From positions 1,246 through 65,245 of the forward strand of contig PLDF01000473.1 of NCBI GenBank assembly GCA_003135055.1: 64,000 nucleotides of DNA, read 5' to 3'. A model generated the notes under the pieces. That model saw only the letters and a list, made by a program, of their open reading frames with translations. It was not told the DNA's origin and ran no database searches. This document shows positions 37,055 to 45,543 of the stretch, one piece after another (positions within the stretch are counted from its first letter, which is position 1; every line of letters begins with the position of its first letter). The DNA comes from Bryobacterales bacterium (lineage in GTDB: Bacteria; Acidobacteriota; Terriglobia; Bryobacterales; Bryobacteraceae). The position numbers were made by a program, and so were the translations under genes.

Positions 37055-38307
37055 CGCGGCACGAAGCGTTTGAAAACCTGTCGGTCGCGCTCGATACGCT
37101 GCGCGCCCGCAAGGTGCGTTCCGGCCTGACCATCCTCGGAATCGTGATCGGAGTGACCACGGTAATCGCGGTCGCCTCCATCATCGACGGACTGAATGGC
37201 GAGATCAAGGAGCGCGTGCAGCGGCTCGGGTCGAATACGCTCTTCGTCACGCGCATCCCGCCGATTCAGAATACCGCCCGGCTCCCGGCGAAAATCCGCG
37301 TCAGGAAATATCTGCAAGAGGAGGATGCCGCTTTTATTGAAGAGTCCAGTCCGGCGGTTTCGTACGCGACCGTGTTCGCGAATCGCATCAACTTCAACGA
37401 TCAGACCGATGAGATTCGATACGGCGATGCGCACGTCGAGCGTTTTTTTCTGCGCGGCGTGCAACCGGCCTACATCAACGCCTTCCCGCTGTTCGCCGTC
37501 GCCGAGGGGCGGTTCGTTTCGGCTTACGACGAGGAGCACGCGCGCAATGTGATTGTGATCGGGCGCGCCATCGCGGATTCGCTTTTTCCTTCCGTGGACC
37601 CGCTGGGCAAACCGGTGCGGCTGAACGGCCGCCTCTATGAAGTGGTAGGCGTCTTCGAACCCGACCAGGGGCTCTTTGCGAGCTTCGGCGTGGATCAATT
37701 CGCCTGCATCCCCATGAGCAATTTCCGCAAAAGTTTTCCGGAGATTCGCGAGCGTTTCATCGCGGTGGCGGGCAGGGATGGGTTTTCCCTCGACACGATG
37801 AAGGATCAAGTGGAGGAGGCGCTGCGGCGAAAGCGCCACGTGCCCCATAACGCGGAAGACGATTTCGACATCACATCGCCCGACTTTCTCAGCTCGTTGT
37901 GGAATCAGCTCACCGGCGCGATGGTGCTGCTCACCGGCATCATCAGCGGCGTCGGATTGCTGGTGGGCGGCATCGGCGTCATGAATATCATGTTGATTTC
38001 GGTGACCGAGCGGACCAGCGAGATTGGGATTCGCAAAGCCGTGGGCGCCCGCAAGTCGGATATCCGGATTCAGTTTCTGCTGGAAGCGATTACGCTTTCG
38101 TGCATTGGCGGCGTGATTGGGATATTGGTTGGCGCGTTAATCGCATTCGCGGTGAGAACGGCGCTGCCCGCGATCCCGGCGTTCGTCTCGCCGTTGTGGG
38201 TCGTTCTGGGTTTTACAATTTCGGTGAGCGTGGGGTTGTTCTTCGGATATTATCCGGCGACCCGCGCGGCGAATCTCGATCCGATCGTTTGCCTCCGCTA
38301 TGAGTGA
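37051..38307 (+). CDS. ABC transporter permease, MacB/FtsX-like
   Basis: 418 aa from ATG 37051, which overlaps the upstream stop (ATGA). VTERTSEIGIRKAVGARKSDI...ATRAANLDPIVCLRYE. The ORF-track start at 36841 is an out-of-gene extension. Confidence 0.9.
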   Translation: MTRHEAFENLSVALDTLRARKVRSGLTILGIVIGVTTVIAVASIIDGLNGEIKERVQRLGSNTLFVTRIPPIQNTARLPAKIRVRKYLQEEDAAFIEESSPAVSYATVFANRINFNDQTDEIRYGDAHVERFFLRGVQPAYINAFPLFAVAEGRFVSAYDEEHARNVIVIGRAIADSLFPSVDPLGKPVRLNGRLYEVVGVFEPDQGLFASFGVDQFACIPMSNFRKSFPEIRERFIAVAGRDGFSLDTMKDQVEEALRRKRHVPHNAEDDFDITSPDFLSSLWNQLTGAMVLLTGIISGVGLLVGGIGVMNIMLISVTERTSEIGIRKAVGARKSDIRIQFLLEAITLSCIGGVIGILVGALIAFAVRTALPAIPAFVSPLWVVLGFTISVSVGLFFGYYPATRAANLDPIVCLRYE

Positions 38308-38384
38308 GCGAATTCGTCCTATTAGAGCTTCGCGTAATTTGAGTGACAGCCGATGATTTTGCGGGGCGGGCAATCTTGCCTGCA

Positions 38385-38403
38385 AGCCGCCTTTCAGGCG
38401 GCT
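38385..38403 (+). terminator. hairpin downstream of permease gene
   Basis: AGCCGCCT-TTC-AGGCGGCT followed by CTTTC. A weak U-tract, so only a tentative intrinsic terminator. Confidence 0.3.
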
Positions 38404-38709
38404 CTTTCGGGCTATGCGCGAGTCTTCGCACCCGGCAAGCGCCGGCTCCATCAGAGGCGCGACCGTAAGGGGGCGGTTTTCCGCAATCACGCGAAATCAT
38501 GCGGTCACAGCGGTAGAGTTAGTTAGCGGCGCGGCCGCGGCCTACCTTCGTCGAAGAGGGCGCGGCCGGCCTAACCTTCGAGGAAGACGCCTCCGAAGTG
38601 GAAGGGCCTCGGCGCGTTTGACTGCCGCCGGGGGTAGCCGGCAATCTCCGATATCGCCAGCCACTTCCCGTCCCCCCACCCCCCGCGCGCTCTTGCAATT
38701 CGCCATATA

Positions 38710-39078
38710 ATGGCGTGCATGATCCGACGCATTCTCCTTACCGCGCTCGCGGGCGCGATTCTTCTGCTGGCCGCCGACCCCACCGGTACCTGGACCGGCG
38801 ACCAGCCGGGCCCCGGCGGCAATACCTACAGCATCACTTTCAAATTGAAAGCCGATGGCGGGAAGCTCACTGGCACCATGGGCGGCGATCAGTTCGAGCA
38901 GCCAATCCAAAACGGGGAAATCCACGGCGACGACATTTCTTTTACGGTCCACTTGGACTTCGGCGACGGTATCGATTTGAAGTACACCGGCAAAGTGGCT
39001 GAGGACAAGATCGATTTCAAAGTGCAGCGAAGCGGCGACGATAATGCACAGCCGTTCGTTGCCAAAAAGACCAAGTAG
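38710..39078 (+). CDS. small secreted beta-rich hypothetical protein
   Basis: 122 aa with a signal peptide, then TGTWTGDQPGPGGNTYSITFKLKADGGKLTGTMGGD...ISFTV...KYTGKVAEDKIDFKV. Confidence 0.6.
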   Translation: MACMIRRILLTALAGAILLLAADPTGTWTGDQPGPGGNTYSITFKLKADGGKLTGTMGGDQFEQPIQNGEIHGDDISFTVHLDFGDGIDLKYTGKVAEDKIDFKVQRSGDDNAQPFVAKKTK

Positions 39079-39199
39079 GACGCGGCGTACGGGGCTCCCT
39101 CTGGGCCCATGCGTGCGGCGTTCACGCTCGTGCGAACGCGCTTCGGTCCTCCCGCGCCACGTTGAAATGGCACGATTATTACGTGACAAGAGTCCTAGT

Positions 39200-39982
39200 T
39201 CAGTTTCTGCAGCGCCACCATCCACGCCTTCGGAGTGGTTCCAAAGCTCCGGCGGAACATTTCCACGAAAGCGCTGGGCTGGCAATAACAACCCCGAACG
39301 CAACCTCCTTGACGGAGCAGCCCGAAACCAGCAGTTCCACCGCCTTCATCAAGCGAACCTGGCGCCGCCACGCTTCGAAACCGGCGCCGGTATCCTTCCG
39401 GAACGCCCGCTCAATGGTTCTGACGCTCACTCCGGCATCGGCGCACAATGCCGCCAGCGTCTTCGAGCGAGCTGGGTTCGCCAATACAGCCTGTGCCACG
39501 GCGAGCGCTCGCGATTCCCTGGGCAAGGTTACAAAGGTCGGTACAGGGGATGCTTTCTCCAGGTGCGAGATCAGCAGGTCGCGCAACGCGCACTCATAAT
39601 CGTTCCGCGCGCGAAGCTGCCCAACGCGCACGGCTTCCACGGTCAGCTCCCGCAGCAGCGGAGTCACGTGCAGCACGGCGCAATCGGCCGGCAGCGCCGA
39701 GACCAGCCCCCGCCGCAGGTAGAGCGTGCGCATGGAAACGGGTCCCGGCATGTGAATTCGATGGCAGGCGCCCGCGGGAATCCAAAGCGCAAAATGCGGC
39801 GGGATCAACCACACGCTCGGCCCCGCGGACACCTCCATGACGCCGCGGATCGCGTAGATCAACTGATCCGACCCGTGCGCGTGCTCCGGAACCCGAAACC
39901 CGGCCGGGTATTCGTAGGACAGCGTCGCCACGGAAACGCCGCGCTTCGGATCGAATTTACGCGAGATGCCGTCGTGTTTCAA
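39200..39982 (-). CDS. AraC-family transcriptional regulator with N-terminal cupin domain
   Basis: 260 aa. The cupin has HAHGSDQLIYAIRGVMEV. The C-terminal AraC HTH pair is LAALCADAGVSVRTIERAF...GCSVKEVAFGV. TTG start. Confidence 0.85.
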   Translation of the reverse strand: MKHDGISRKFDPKRGVSVATLSYEYPAGFRVPEHAHGSDQLIYAIRGVMEVSAGPSVWLIPPHFALWIPAGACHRIHMPGPVSMRTLYLRRGLVSALPADCAVLHVTPLLRELTVEAVRVGQLRARNDYECALRDLLISHLEKASPVPTFVTLPRESRALAVAQAVLANPARSKTLAALCADAGVSVRTIERAFRKDTGAGFEAWRRQVRLMKAVELLVSGCSVKEVAFGVVIASPALSWKCSAGALEPLRRRGWWRCRN

Positions 39983-40013
39983 CGTGGTGGCTCAATGTCG
40001 ATTTTGTGGGGCA

Positions 40014-40048
40014 GGTTGGCAACCGTGGTTGGCAACCGGTTGGCAACC
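40014..40048. promoter_or_regulatory. three tandem copies of the palindromic 11-mer GGTTGGCAACC in the AraC/VOC divergent region
   Basis: Copies at 40014..40024, 40027..40037 and 40038..40048. Related motifs GGTTGGCAAACC and GGTTGCCAACC occur at 41490..41519. Confidence 0.4.
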
Positions 40049-40215
40049 TGCGGCCGATTGCGAATTGGCCTCTGCCCGCTCTGGCGAACTCCCCAGACCA
40101 ATGGAGAGAGGCCCGCGGCTCGATAATGTCGTGTCCCAATGAGTGTCGCAATAGAGATATATTATGGCGCAATGCCGGTCTTGCGCCAAATGGAAAATCC
40201 GCTCATGATAGCCGC

Positions 40216-40620
40216 ATGCCCTCGCACACCGGACTCGCCCAGTACAACATTATCGGCTTCGTAACCATTGTCGACGTGGCCCGCGCCAAGGAATTCTACG
40301 GCAACACGCTTGGCTTACGCCTCATCAGCGAAGAGCCCCCATTCGCGCTGGTGTTCGATGCCCACGGCATCATGCTGCGCCTCGGCATGGGCAAGGAGCT
40401 TCCGCCGGCTCAGGGCACGGTCTTGGGATGGCAGGTTCCGGACGTTGTCGCGGTGGTGAAAGACTTGGGACAAGCCGGCGTCGCCTTCGAGCGCTACGGC
40501 TTCATGCAGCAGGACGAGCTTGGCATCTGGACCACTCCTACTGGCGCGAAGGTGGCGTGGTTCAAGGACCCCGATGGAAATATTTTGAGCGTCTCCGAAC
40601 ATCCGGATTGGGAAAAGTGA
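40216..40620 (+). CDS. VOC/glyoxalase-family protein
   Basis: 134 aa. FVTIVDVARAKEFYGNTLGL...AWFKDPDGNILSVSE. ATG 40216. The ORF-track start at 40006 covers the repeat array. Confidence 0.85.
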   Translation: MPSHTGLAQYNIIGFVTIVDVARAKEFYGNTLGLRLISEEPPFALVFDAHGIMLRLGMGKELPPAQGTVLGWQVPDVVAVVKDLGQAGVAFERYGFMQQDELGIWTTPTGAKVAWFKDPDGNILSVSEHPDWEK

Positions 40621-41180
40621 ACCTCGCGCATCGTTGGCTGTGCTCTTCGCCGCGCTGGAAGCAAACCGTCGCGGTGCGCATCCCCTGGGTGCTCGAAGGC
40701 GTGGATCTCGGAGCGAACGTCCTCGAAGTAGGCCCGGGCTACGGCGCCGCCACGGATCTGCTGCGCGGCATGGCTGCGCATTTGACCTGCGTCGAAGTGG
40801 ATCGCGGACTTGCCGAAGGTCTGCGCCGCCGCGCGCTGGGCCGGAATGTGACCATCCTGCACGCAGACGCCACGGCGATGTCTCTGCCGGACGCGGCGTT
40901 CGATGGGGCGGTATGTTTCACAATGCTGCACCACGTTCCATCGGCGGTGCTGCAAGACCGGCTGTTGGCGGAGGTGGCGCGAGTGCTGCGGCCCGGTGGC
41001 GTTTTTGCCGGCGCGGATAGCCGCTACAGCCGCACTTTTGGCTTGCTGCACCTGTTCGACACGATGGTAGTGGTGGATCCGGAGACCTTTCCGGAGCGCC
41101 TGAAGGCCGCGGGATTCGAAGATGTGCATGTGGATGTGGTTCCGGGCGCGTTCCGGTTTCGCGCGCGCAAGGCGGCTTGA
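40617..41180 (+). CDS. class I SAM-dependent methyltransferase
   Basis: VLEVGPGYGAAT (motif I), CVEVD, FDGAVCFTMLHHV, LRPGGVF. GTG 40617 overlaps the VOC stop (GTGA). Confidence 0.85.
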   Translation: MNLAHRWLCSSPRWKQTVAVRIPWVLEGVDLGANVLEVGPGYGAATDLLRGMAAHLTCVEVDRGLAEGLRRRALGRNVTILHADATAMSLPDAAFDGAVCFTMLHHVPSAVLQDRLLAEVARVLRPGGVFAGADSRYSRTFGLLHLFDTMVVVDPETFPERLKAAGFEDVHVDVVPGAFRFRARKAA

Positions 41181-41194
41181 GCGGAACCAGGAAA

Positions 41195-41272
41195 ATGGTG
41201 GGCGCGCAGGGACTCGAACCCCGGACCCCCTCGGTGTAAACGAGGTGCTCTAACCAACTGAGCTACGCGCCC
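41195..41272 (-). tRNA. tRNA-Val(TAC): tRNA-Val (anticodon TAC), CCA encoded
   Basis: The reverse complement folds as GGGCGCG-TA-GCTC-AGTTGGTTA-GAGC-A-CCTCG-TTTACAC-CGAGG-...-TTCGAGT-CCCTG-CGCGCCC-A-CCA. One extra G lies at the variable/T-stem junction (78 nt). Confidence 0.85.
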
Positions 41273-41343
41273 GCATGGGTTTCCTTCTATTCTACCCGCT
41301 GCGAACGAGCCCCCGCAAAACTATTGATCCAACGCCGTTCTTG

Positions 41344-41510
41344 TGGGGCACGGTCGAAAACCTCGCCGCCTCAAGCTCCTCCCAAACGCGCGACGTCCCA
41401 GCGGGTGGTTGCATCTATATATCGAGGGAAGGAGTGTGCCCGGGCGAGGTTTTCATCGCCTTTGGTGGCCCGCAGGGCCATGCCGACAGGTTGGCAAACC
41501 TGCGCGGCGG
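41344..41510 (+). repeat. ~170-bp structured repeat, copy A
   Basis: It shares with 61277..61450 an identical 24-nt 5' block (TGGGGCACGGTCGAAAACCTCGCC) and an identical 60-nt 3' block (GTGTGCCCGGGCGAGGTTTTCATCGCCTTTGGTGGCCCGCAGGGCCATGCCGACAGGTTG). The blocks contain complementary 12-mers GAAAACCTCGCC / GGCGAGGTTTTC. Confidence 0.85.
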
Positions 41511-41819
41511 TTGCCAACCGCCGCCGTCTCTGCATCGGCGAAACTCCGGATCGGCGGCCATCCCCGCCAGTTTCGAGCGCCTGCATTCCATTTCAGCCCC
41601 GAAGACCCCATCCAAACCGCTTATAACCGTGCATAACCCGCTTCACCTCAGCAGTTAAGTAACGTGCACCCTCCTCTCACCGTCCTGCGCCATTTTCACC
41701 CAAATCCGAGTCGCCGAAAGTTACAAAGTCTTTCCGCCATGGATAGTTGAAATATACCTTTAGTAAGTGCAGTAAGTGCGGAGAGGGTAACTAAGGATAG
41801 TGCGGGGCAGGGTAGCTTT

Positions 41820-41909
41820 TCACTTCTTGCCGGCGCTGTTCACGCGCTCTCCGCCAGGCAAATTCTCCACCTTCGATAGGTTGCGCGCCACTTCGAAGCG
41901 GGCGTTGCG
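41820..41909 (-). repeat. 90-bp duplicate of the 3' end of the PPIase gene (copy of 42971..43060)
   Basis: About 88% identical by eye. It translates on the minus strand to ...NARFEVARNLSKVENLPGGERVNSAGKK, versus the genuine C-terminus NAYFEVARNLSKVENYLAESIVNNASKK. Confidence 0.8.
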
Positions 41910-42018
41910 GAAGGCGCAGGAGTGCGAAGCACGATTGGCGCACGCTGTCTTGCGGCGCAGCTCGGGGTGGCGGGAAACTTCACGCCGGTGGAGTATGATA
42001 GCTGGCTGGTGCATCGCT

Positions 42019-42876
42019 ATGACACGACGATTGGGGTTGTGCAGCTTGATTGTGGTGACGGCGGGTTACGGCCAGAAAGCCAGACCTATCGATAACGCCG
42101 CGATGGCGGCAAGCACGTGCAGCGCGATCCAAGCCGATCTGCGGATCGGCGATCCGGAGCACGCCAGTTTGACGGCCTACACCCTGGTGAATGTGACGGC
42201 AAGCTTCAATCCCCCAAGACCGATGCCAGCAGCGGAAGGCGGATCCACGGGCGACGTTCGCGAGGCGGTGGCCAGCGCCTGCAGCCAAATCGCGGCCGCC
42301 TATTCGGCCAAAGATCCGGCGAAGGCGCAGCAAGCCGCGGCGAATCTATTCCAGGCGCTGGCTCACGCGGTGGCGGATCTGCCTTCCACGCCACAGGCGA
42401 AGTTCGCCAGGATGGACGCGGCTGTCTCGCAGTTGGACGGGCTAGAAAAGTTCTACCGTCTGGTGGGGCTGGCCAAAGCCGCGTTCGATGCCGGTGAGAT
42501 GGATAAAGCCGCGGACAGCGGCCACCAATTGCTCGATATGGCCGCGCTGTATCCCACCGATTGGAATTATGGAAACGGCATTTATTTCGGCAACTGGGTG
42601 TTGGGCCGAATTGCCTTGCGGCAAGGCGACGCTACGCAGGCGGGAGACTACCTGTTGCGCTCCGCGGCCACTCCGGGCTCTCCGCAACTCAACAGCTTCG
42701 GCCCGAACACCATGCTGGCGCAGGAGCTGCTCGAAAAGGGCCAGACCGCGGCGGTCTTGCAGTATTTCGATCTCTGTGCGAAATTTTGGAAGCTGGAAAA
42801 GGGCAAGCTGGCCGCTTGGACGACGGTGGTAAAGGGCGGCGGCGTGCCGAATTTCGGCGGCAATTTGCTTTATTGA
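42019..42876 (+). CDS. hypothetical secreted protein
   Basis: 285 aa from ATG 42019 (MTRRLGLCSLIVVTAGYG). The C-terminal region is NGIYFGNWVLGRIALRQGD...GSPQLNSFGPNTMLAQELLEKG. The ORF-track start at 41800 runs through the duplicated segment. Confidence 0.65.
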   Translation: MTRRLGLCSLIVVTAGYGQKARPIDNAAMAASTCSAIQADLRIGDPEHASLTAYTLVNVTASFNPPRPMPAAEGGSTGDVREAVASACSQIAAAYSAKDPAKAQQAAANLFQALAHAVADLPSTPQAKFARMDAAVSQLDGLEKFYRLVGLAKAAFDAGEMDKAADSGHQLLDMAALYPTDWNYGNGIYFGNWVLGRIALRQGDATQAGDYLLRSAATPGSPQLNSFGPNTMLAQELLEKGQTAAVLQYFDLCAKFWKLEKGKLAAWTTVVKGGGVPNFGGNLLY

Positions 42877-42886
42877 CCGGACAGGT

Positions 42887-42970
42887 TTTCGACGCAGAGA
42901 CGCAGAGAAAACACAAAAAGAATGAAGAGTTCTGCGGTTGTCTCCGCGCCTCCGCGTCTCTGCGTCGAAA
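42887..42970. terminator. 17-bp perfect inverted repeat (long hairpin) between convergent genes
   Basis: TTTCGACGCAGAGACGC (42887..42903) and GCGTCTCTGCGTCGAAA (42954..42970), separated by a 50-nt spacer. Confidence 0.45.
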
Positions 42971-44005
42971 TCACTTCTTGCTGGCGTTGTTCACGATGCT
43001 CTCCGCCAGGTAATTCTCCACCTTCGATAGGTTGCGCGCCACTTCGAAGTAGGCGTTGCGCAAGACCTGATCGGCGCTGCTGCGCAGGTTTTCGCGGATG
43101 TTCTCCTGCACGCGCGGGTCGTTCAGATCGCGCTGCCCAGCCGGCTCCTTGGAGATCAGCTTCAGAATGCGGTAACCATCCTGAGTGTGGATGATGGGCG
43201 AAACGGCCCCGGGCTGGAGCGACATTACTATGCGGCGCAAATCGGGGTTGGCCTTTTCGAGCGTCGATTCCGGAATGAAGCCCATATCGCCGCCATTGGG
43301 CGCGGTGTTCGTATCCTCGGAAAAATTGGTCGCGAGCATGGTGAAATCTTCGCCGCGGTCCTTAATGCGGCGCTCGAGGTCGGTAATCTTCTGCTTGGCC
43401 TCGGCCTCGTTCTGCGCTTTGCTGCCCTTCAGATTGCGCACATTAGGGTCGGGAACGGGCGTCACCATGATCTGCGCCAGGTGAACTTGCGGCTCCGCAA
43501 GATTGAAGCTGGCTTTGTTGGCATTGTAGAAATTGGCCACGTCGGCGTCGGTGATGGTGATGTGCGACGCGATCTCCTTGGCGATGAGCTTATCCACGGT
43601 GAGCTTTTGCCGTATCTGCGCCTTGAGATCGTCCAGCGTCATGTGGCGATCGGCGAGCTGCTTCTCGAACTCCTCTTTGGTCGGGAGGTAAGGCGCTTTC
43701 ATTTTGGCGAGTTCGGCGTCCACATCGGCGTCCACGGCCTGCAAGCCCAGCCTCAAGGCGCGCTGCAGCATGATCTCATTGGTGATCAGGCTGCCCAGCA
43801 ATTCGAGCTTCTGCGACTGCACCAGATCTTCATTGGCGTTTTCGGGGACCTGCGGGTATTGCGTGCGGTAGGCCTTTTCGAGCTTGTCGTAGGTGATCGG
43901 CTGGCCATTGACTTCAGCCGCGACTCCGGCCGGCGGCGTGTGCTTGCAGGCGCCCAAAGCGAGAGAGGCGGCAACCGCCGCGAACAAAGCAAAATAGCGC
44001 TTCAT
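42971..44005 (-). CDS. SurA/PpiD-like periplasmic chaperone with PpiC-type peptidyl-prolyl isomerase domain
   Basis: 344 aa with a lipoprotein-like signal (LALGAC), a SurA_N-like helical region, and the rotamase core FTMLATNFSEDTNTAPNGGDMGFI. Confidence 0.85.
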   Translation of the reverse strand: MKRYFALFAAVAASLALGACKHTPPAGVAAEVNGQPITYDKLEKAYRTQYPQVPENANEDLVQSQKLELLGSLITNEIMLQRALRLGLQAVDADVDAELAKMKAPYLPTKEEFEKQLADRHMTLDDLKAQIRQKLTVDKLIAKEIASHITITDADVANFYNANKASFNLAEPQVHLAQIMVTPVPDPNVRNLKGSKAQNEAEAKQKITDLERRIKDRGEDFTMLATNFSEDTNTAPNGGDMGFIPESTLEKANPDLRRIVMSLQPGAVSPIIHTQDGYRILKLISKEPAGQRDLNDPRVQENIRENLRSSADQVLRNAYFEVARNLSKVENYLAESIVNNASKK

Positions 44006-44043
44006 GAGGTGAACTCCCCATTGTAGCTGGCTCGTTCGGTAAA

Positions 44044-45066
44044 ATGGACGCTCCTATGAAAGTCGGAATTATCGGCACCGGGGCCATCGCCCACAAGCAC
44101 GCGCAAGCGTACCGCAACATCGGATTTGAGCTGACGGTCTGCACCGACGTCAGCGAAAAGTATGGACGCATTTTCGCGGACCAGTGGGGCGCGGAATTCG
44201 TGCCGACCTACGAGGAGGTCTGCCGCCATCCGCGGGTGGATTACGTGGATGTCTGCACGTTCCCGGATTTCCGTTTGCAGCCCATCGAGATCTGCGCCCA
44301 AACCGGGAAGCACGTGCAAGTGCAAAAGCCTATTTCGACCAGTCTGGAGACGGCGCGGCGGATGGTGGATACGGCGGCGCGCGCGGGAATCCTGCTGGGC
44401 GTGGTGAGCCAGCACCGGTTCGACGATGCCAGCCTGTTTCTCGCGAAAGCGCTGGCGGAGGGACGTTTGGGCAACCTGCTGCAGTGCGACTGTTATGTGA
44501 AGTGGTACCGCTCGGCCGAATATTATTCGCGGCCCATCAAGGGCAGTTGGCAGACCGAGGGCGGCGGCGCGCTGATGAACCAGGCGATTCACCAGGTGGA
44601 TATACTGCGGTGGCTCGCAGGCCCGGTGAAGGAAGTCTACGGGATGTGGCAGTTGGGGGCGCTGCACAAGATCGAATCGGAAGACGTGGTGAACGCGGTA
44701 GTGCGCTATGCCAGCGGGGCCACGGGCGTGATCCAGGCGGCGACAGCCTTCTGGCCGGGCTATCCGGAGCGGATGGAGTTCCAGGGAACCAAAGGCACGG
44801 CGGTGGTCTCGGGCGACAAACTGACGGTGTGGGACGTGGAGAACGATGCGGGCGAGCCGGCGCCGGTATCGAAGGAAGTGGCGTCGGGCGCGTCCGACCC
44901 GATGGCGATTTCGCTGGAGCCGTTCGAGCGGCAGTTTCTCGATTTCGGGGAGGCGATACGGACGGGGCGGAAGCCTAAGGTGTCGGGCGAGGAGGGGTAT
45001 CAGGCGCTGGAGATTGTGGATGCGGTGTACCGCTCGTGCAGGACGGGAGAGAAGGTGGAGCTGTGA
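44044..45066 (+). CDS. Gfo/Idh/MocA-family oxidoreductase
   Basis: 340 aa. KVGIIGTGAIAHKH is a Rossmann motif, and EKPIS-like VQKPIS is present. The C-terminal alpha/beta domain is typical of the family. Confidence 0.9.
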   Translation: MDAPMKVGIIGTGAIAHKHAQAYRNIGFELTVCTDVSEKYGRIFADQWGAEFVPTYEEVCRHPRVDYVDVCTFPDFRLQPIEICAQTGKHVQVQKPISTSLETARRMVDTAARAGILLGVVSQHRFDDASLFLAKALAEGRLGNLLQCDCYVKWYRSAEYYSRPIKGSWQTEGGGALMNQAIHQVDILRWLAGPVKEVYGMWQLGALHKIESEDVVNAVVRYASGATGVIQAATAFWPGYPERMEFQGTKGTAVVSGDKLTVWDVENDAGEPAPVSKEVASGASDPMAISLEPFERQFLDFGEAIRTGRKPKVSGEEGYQALEIVDAVYRSCRTGEKVEL

Positions 45067-45072
45067 CCAGTG

Positions 45073-45107
45073 GTAGCGCCGGCGGTCTTTGCCGCCGGTG
45101 TTTTCCC
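45073..45107 (+). terminator. GTAG-headed hairpin plus T-run; REP-like terminator of the oxidoreductase gene
   Basis: GTAG-CGCCGGCGG-TCTTTG-CCGCCGGTG-TTTTCCC. Related copies at 46033..46067 (same orientation) and 49529..49555 (inverted). Confidence 0.6.
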
Positions 45108-45222
45108 AGACTGAAGAGGGATGGTTAGTAATCAGATGACGCCCGAATGACAAGAGAATTCGAACGGCAACCTGCCAGAACCCATCTTCGGATCCCGCTA
45201 TAATTGTTTCAAGGGTGACACC

Positions 45223-45543
45223 ATGTCGAAGGAGTACCTCGAACAGCGCAATGGCGGCTATTACGTGGCCGGGACACGTGTGTCTCTCGATTCCATCGTC
45301 GAGTGTTTCAACCAGGGACTTTCGCCCGAGGCAATTCTGGGAGAATTCGAGACCCTCAGCCTGGCCCAGGTCTTCGGCGCGATCGCGTTCTACCTCGAAA
45401 ACCAGCCTGCCATTGATGCCTACCGCGTTTGCCAAATGCAGCGATTCGAGGCAGCGCGGCGGGCTTCCGGGTCTCTTCCGGAGGGACTGAGTAACCGGCT
45501 TGAGGCTGCACGCGAGAGTCTTCAGTCCGGACACTCGCGTTAG
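45223..45543 (+). CDS. DUF433 domain protein (antitoxin-like)
   Basis: 106 aa. YVAGTRVSLDSIVECFNQGLSPEAILGEFETLSLAQVFGAIAFY is the DUF433 core. Confidence 0.8.
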   Translation: MSKEYLEQRNGGYYVAGTRVSLDSIVECFNQGLSPEAILGEFETLSLAQVFGAIAFYLENQPAIDAYRVCQMQRFEAARRASGSLPEGLSNRLEAARESLQSGHSR

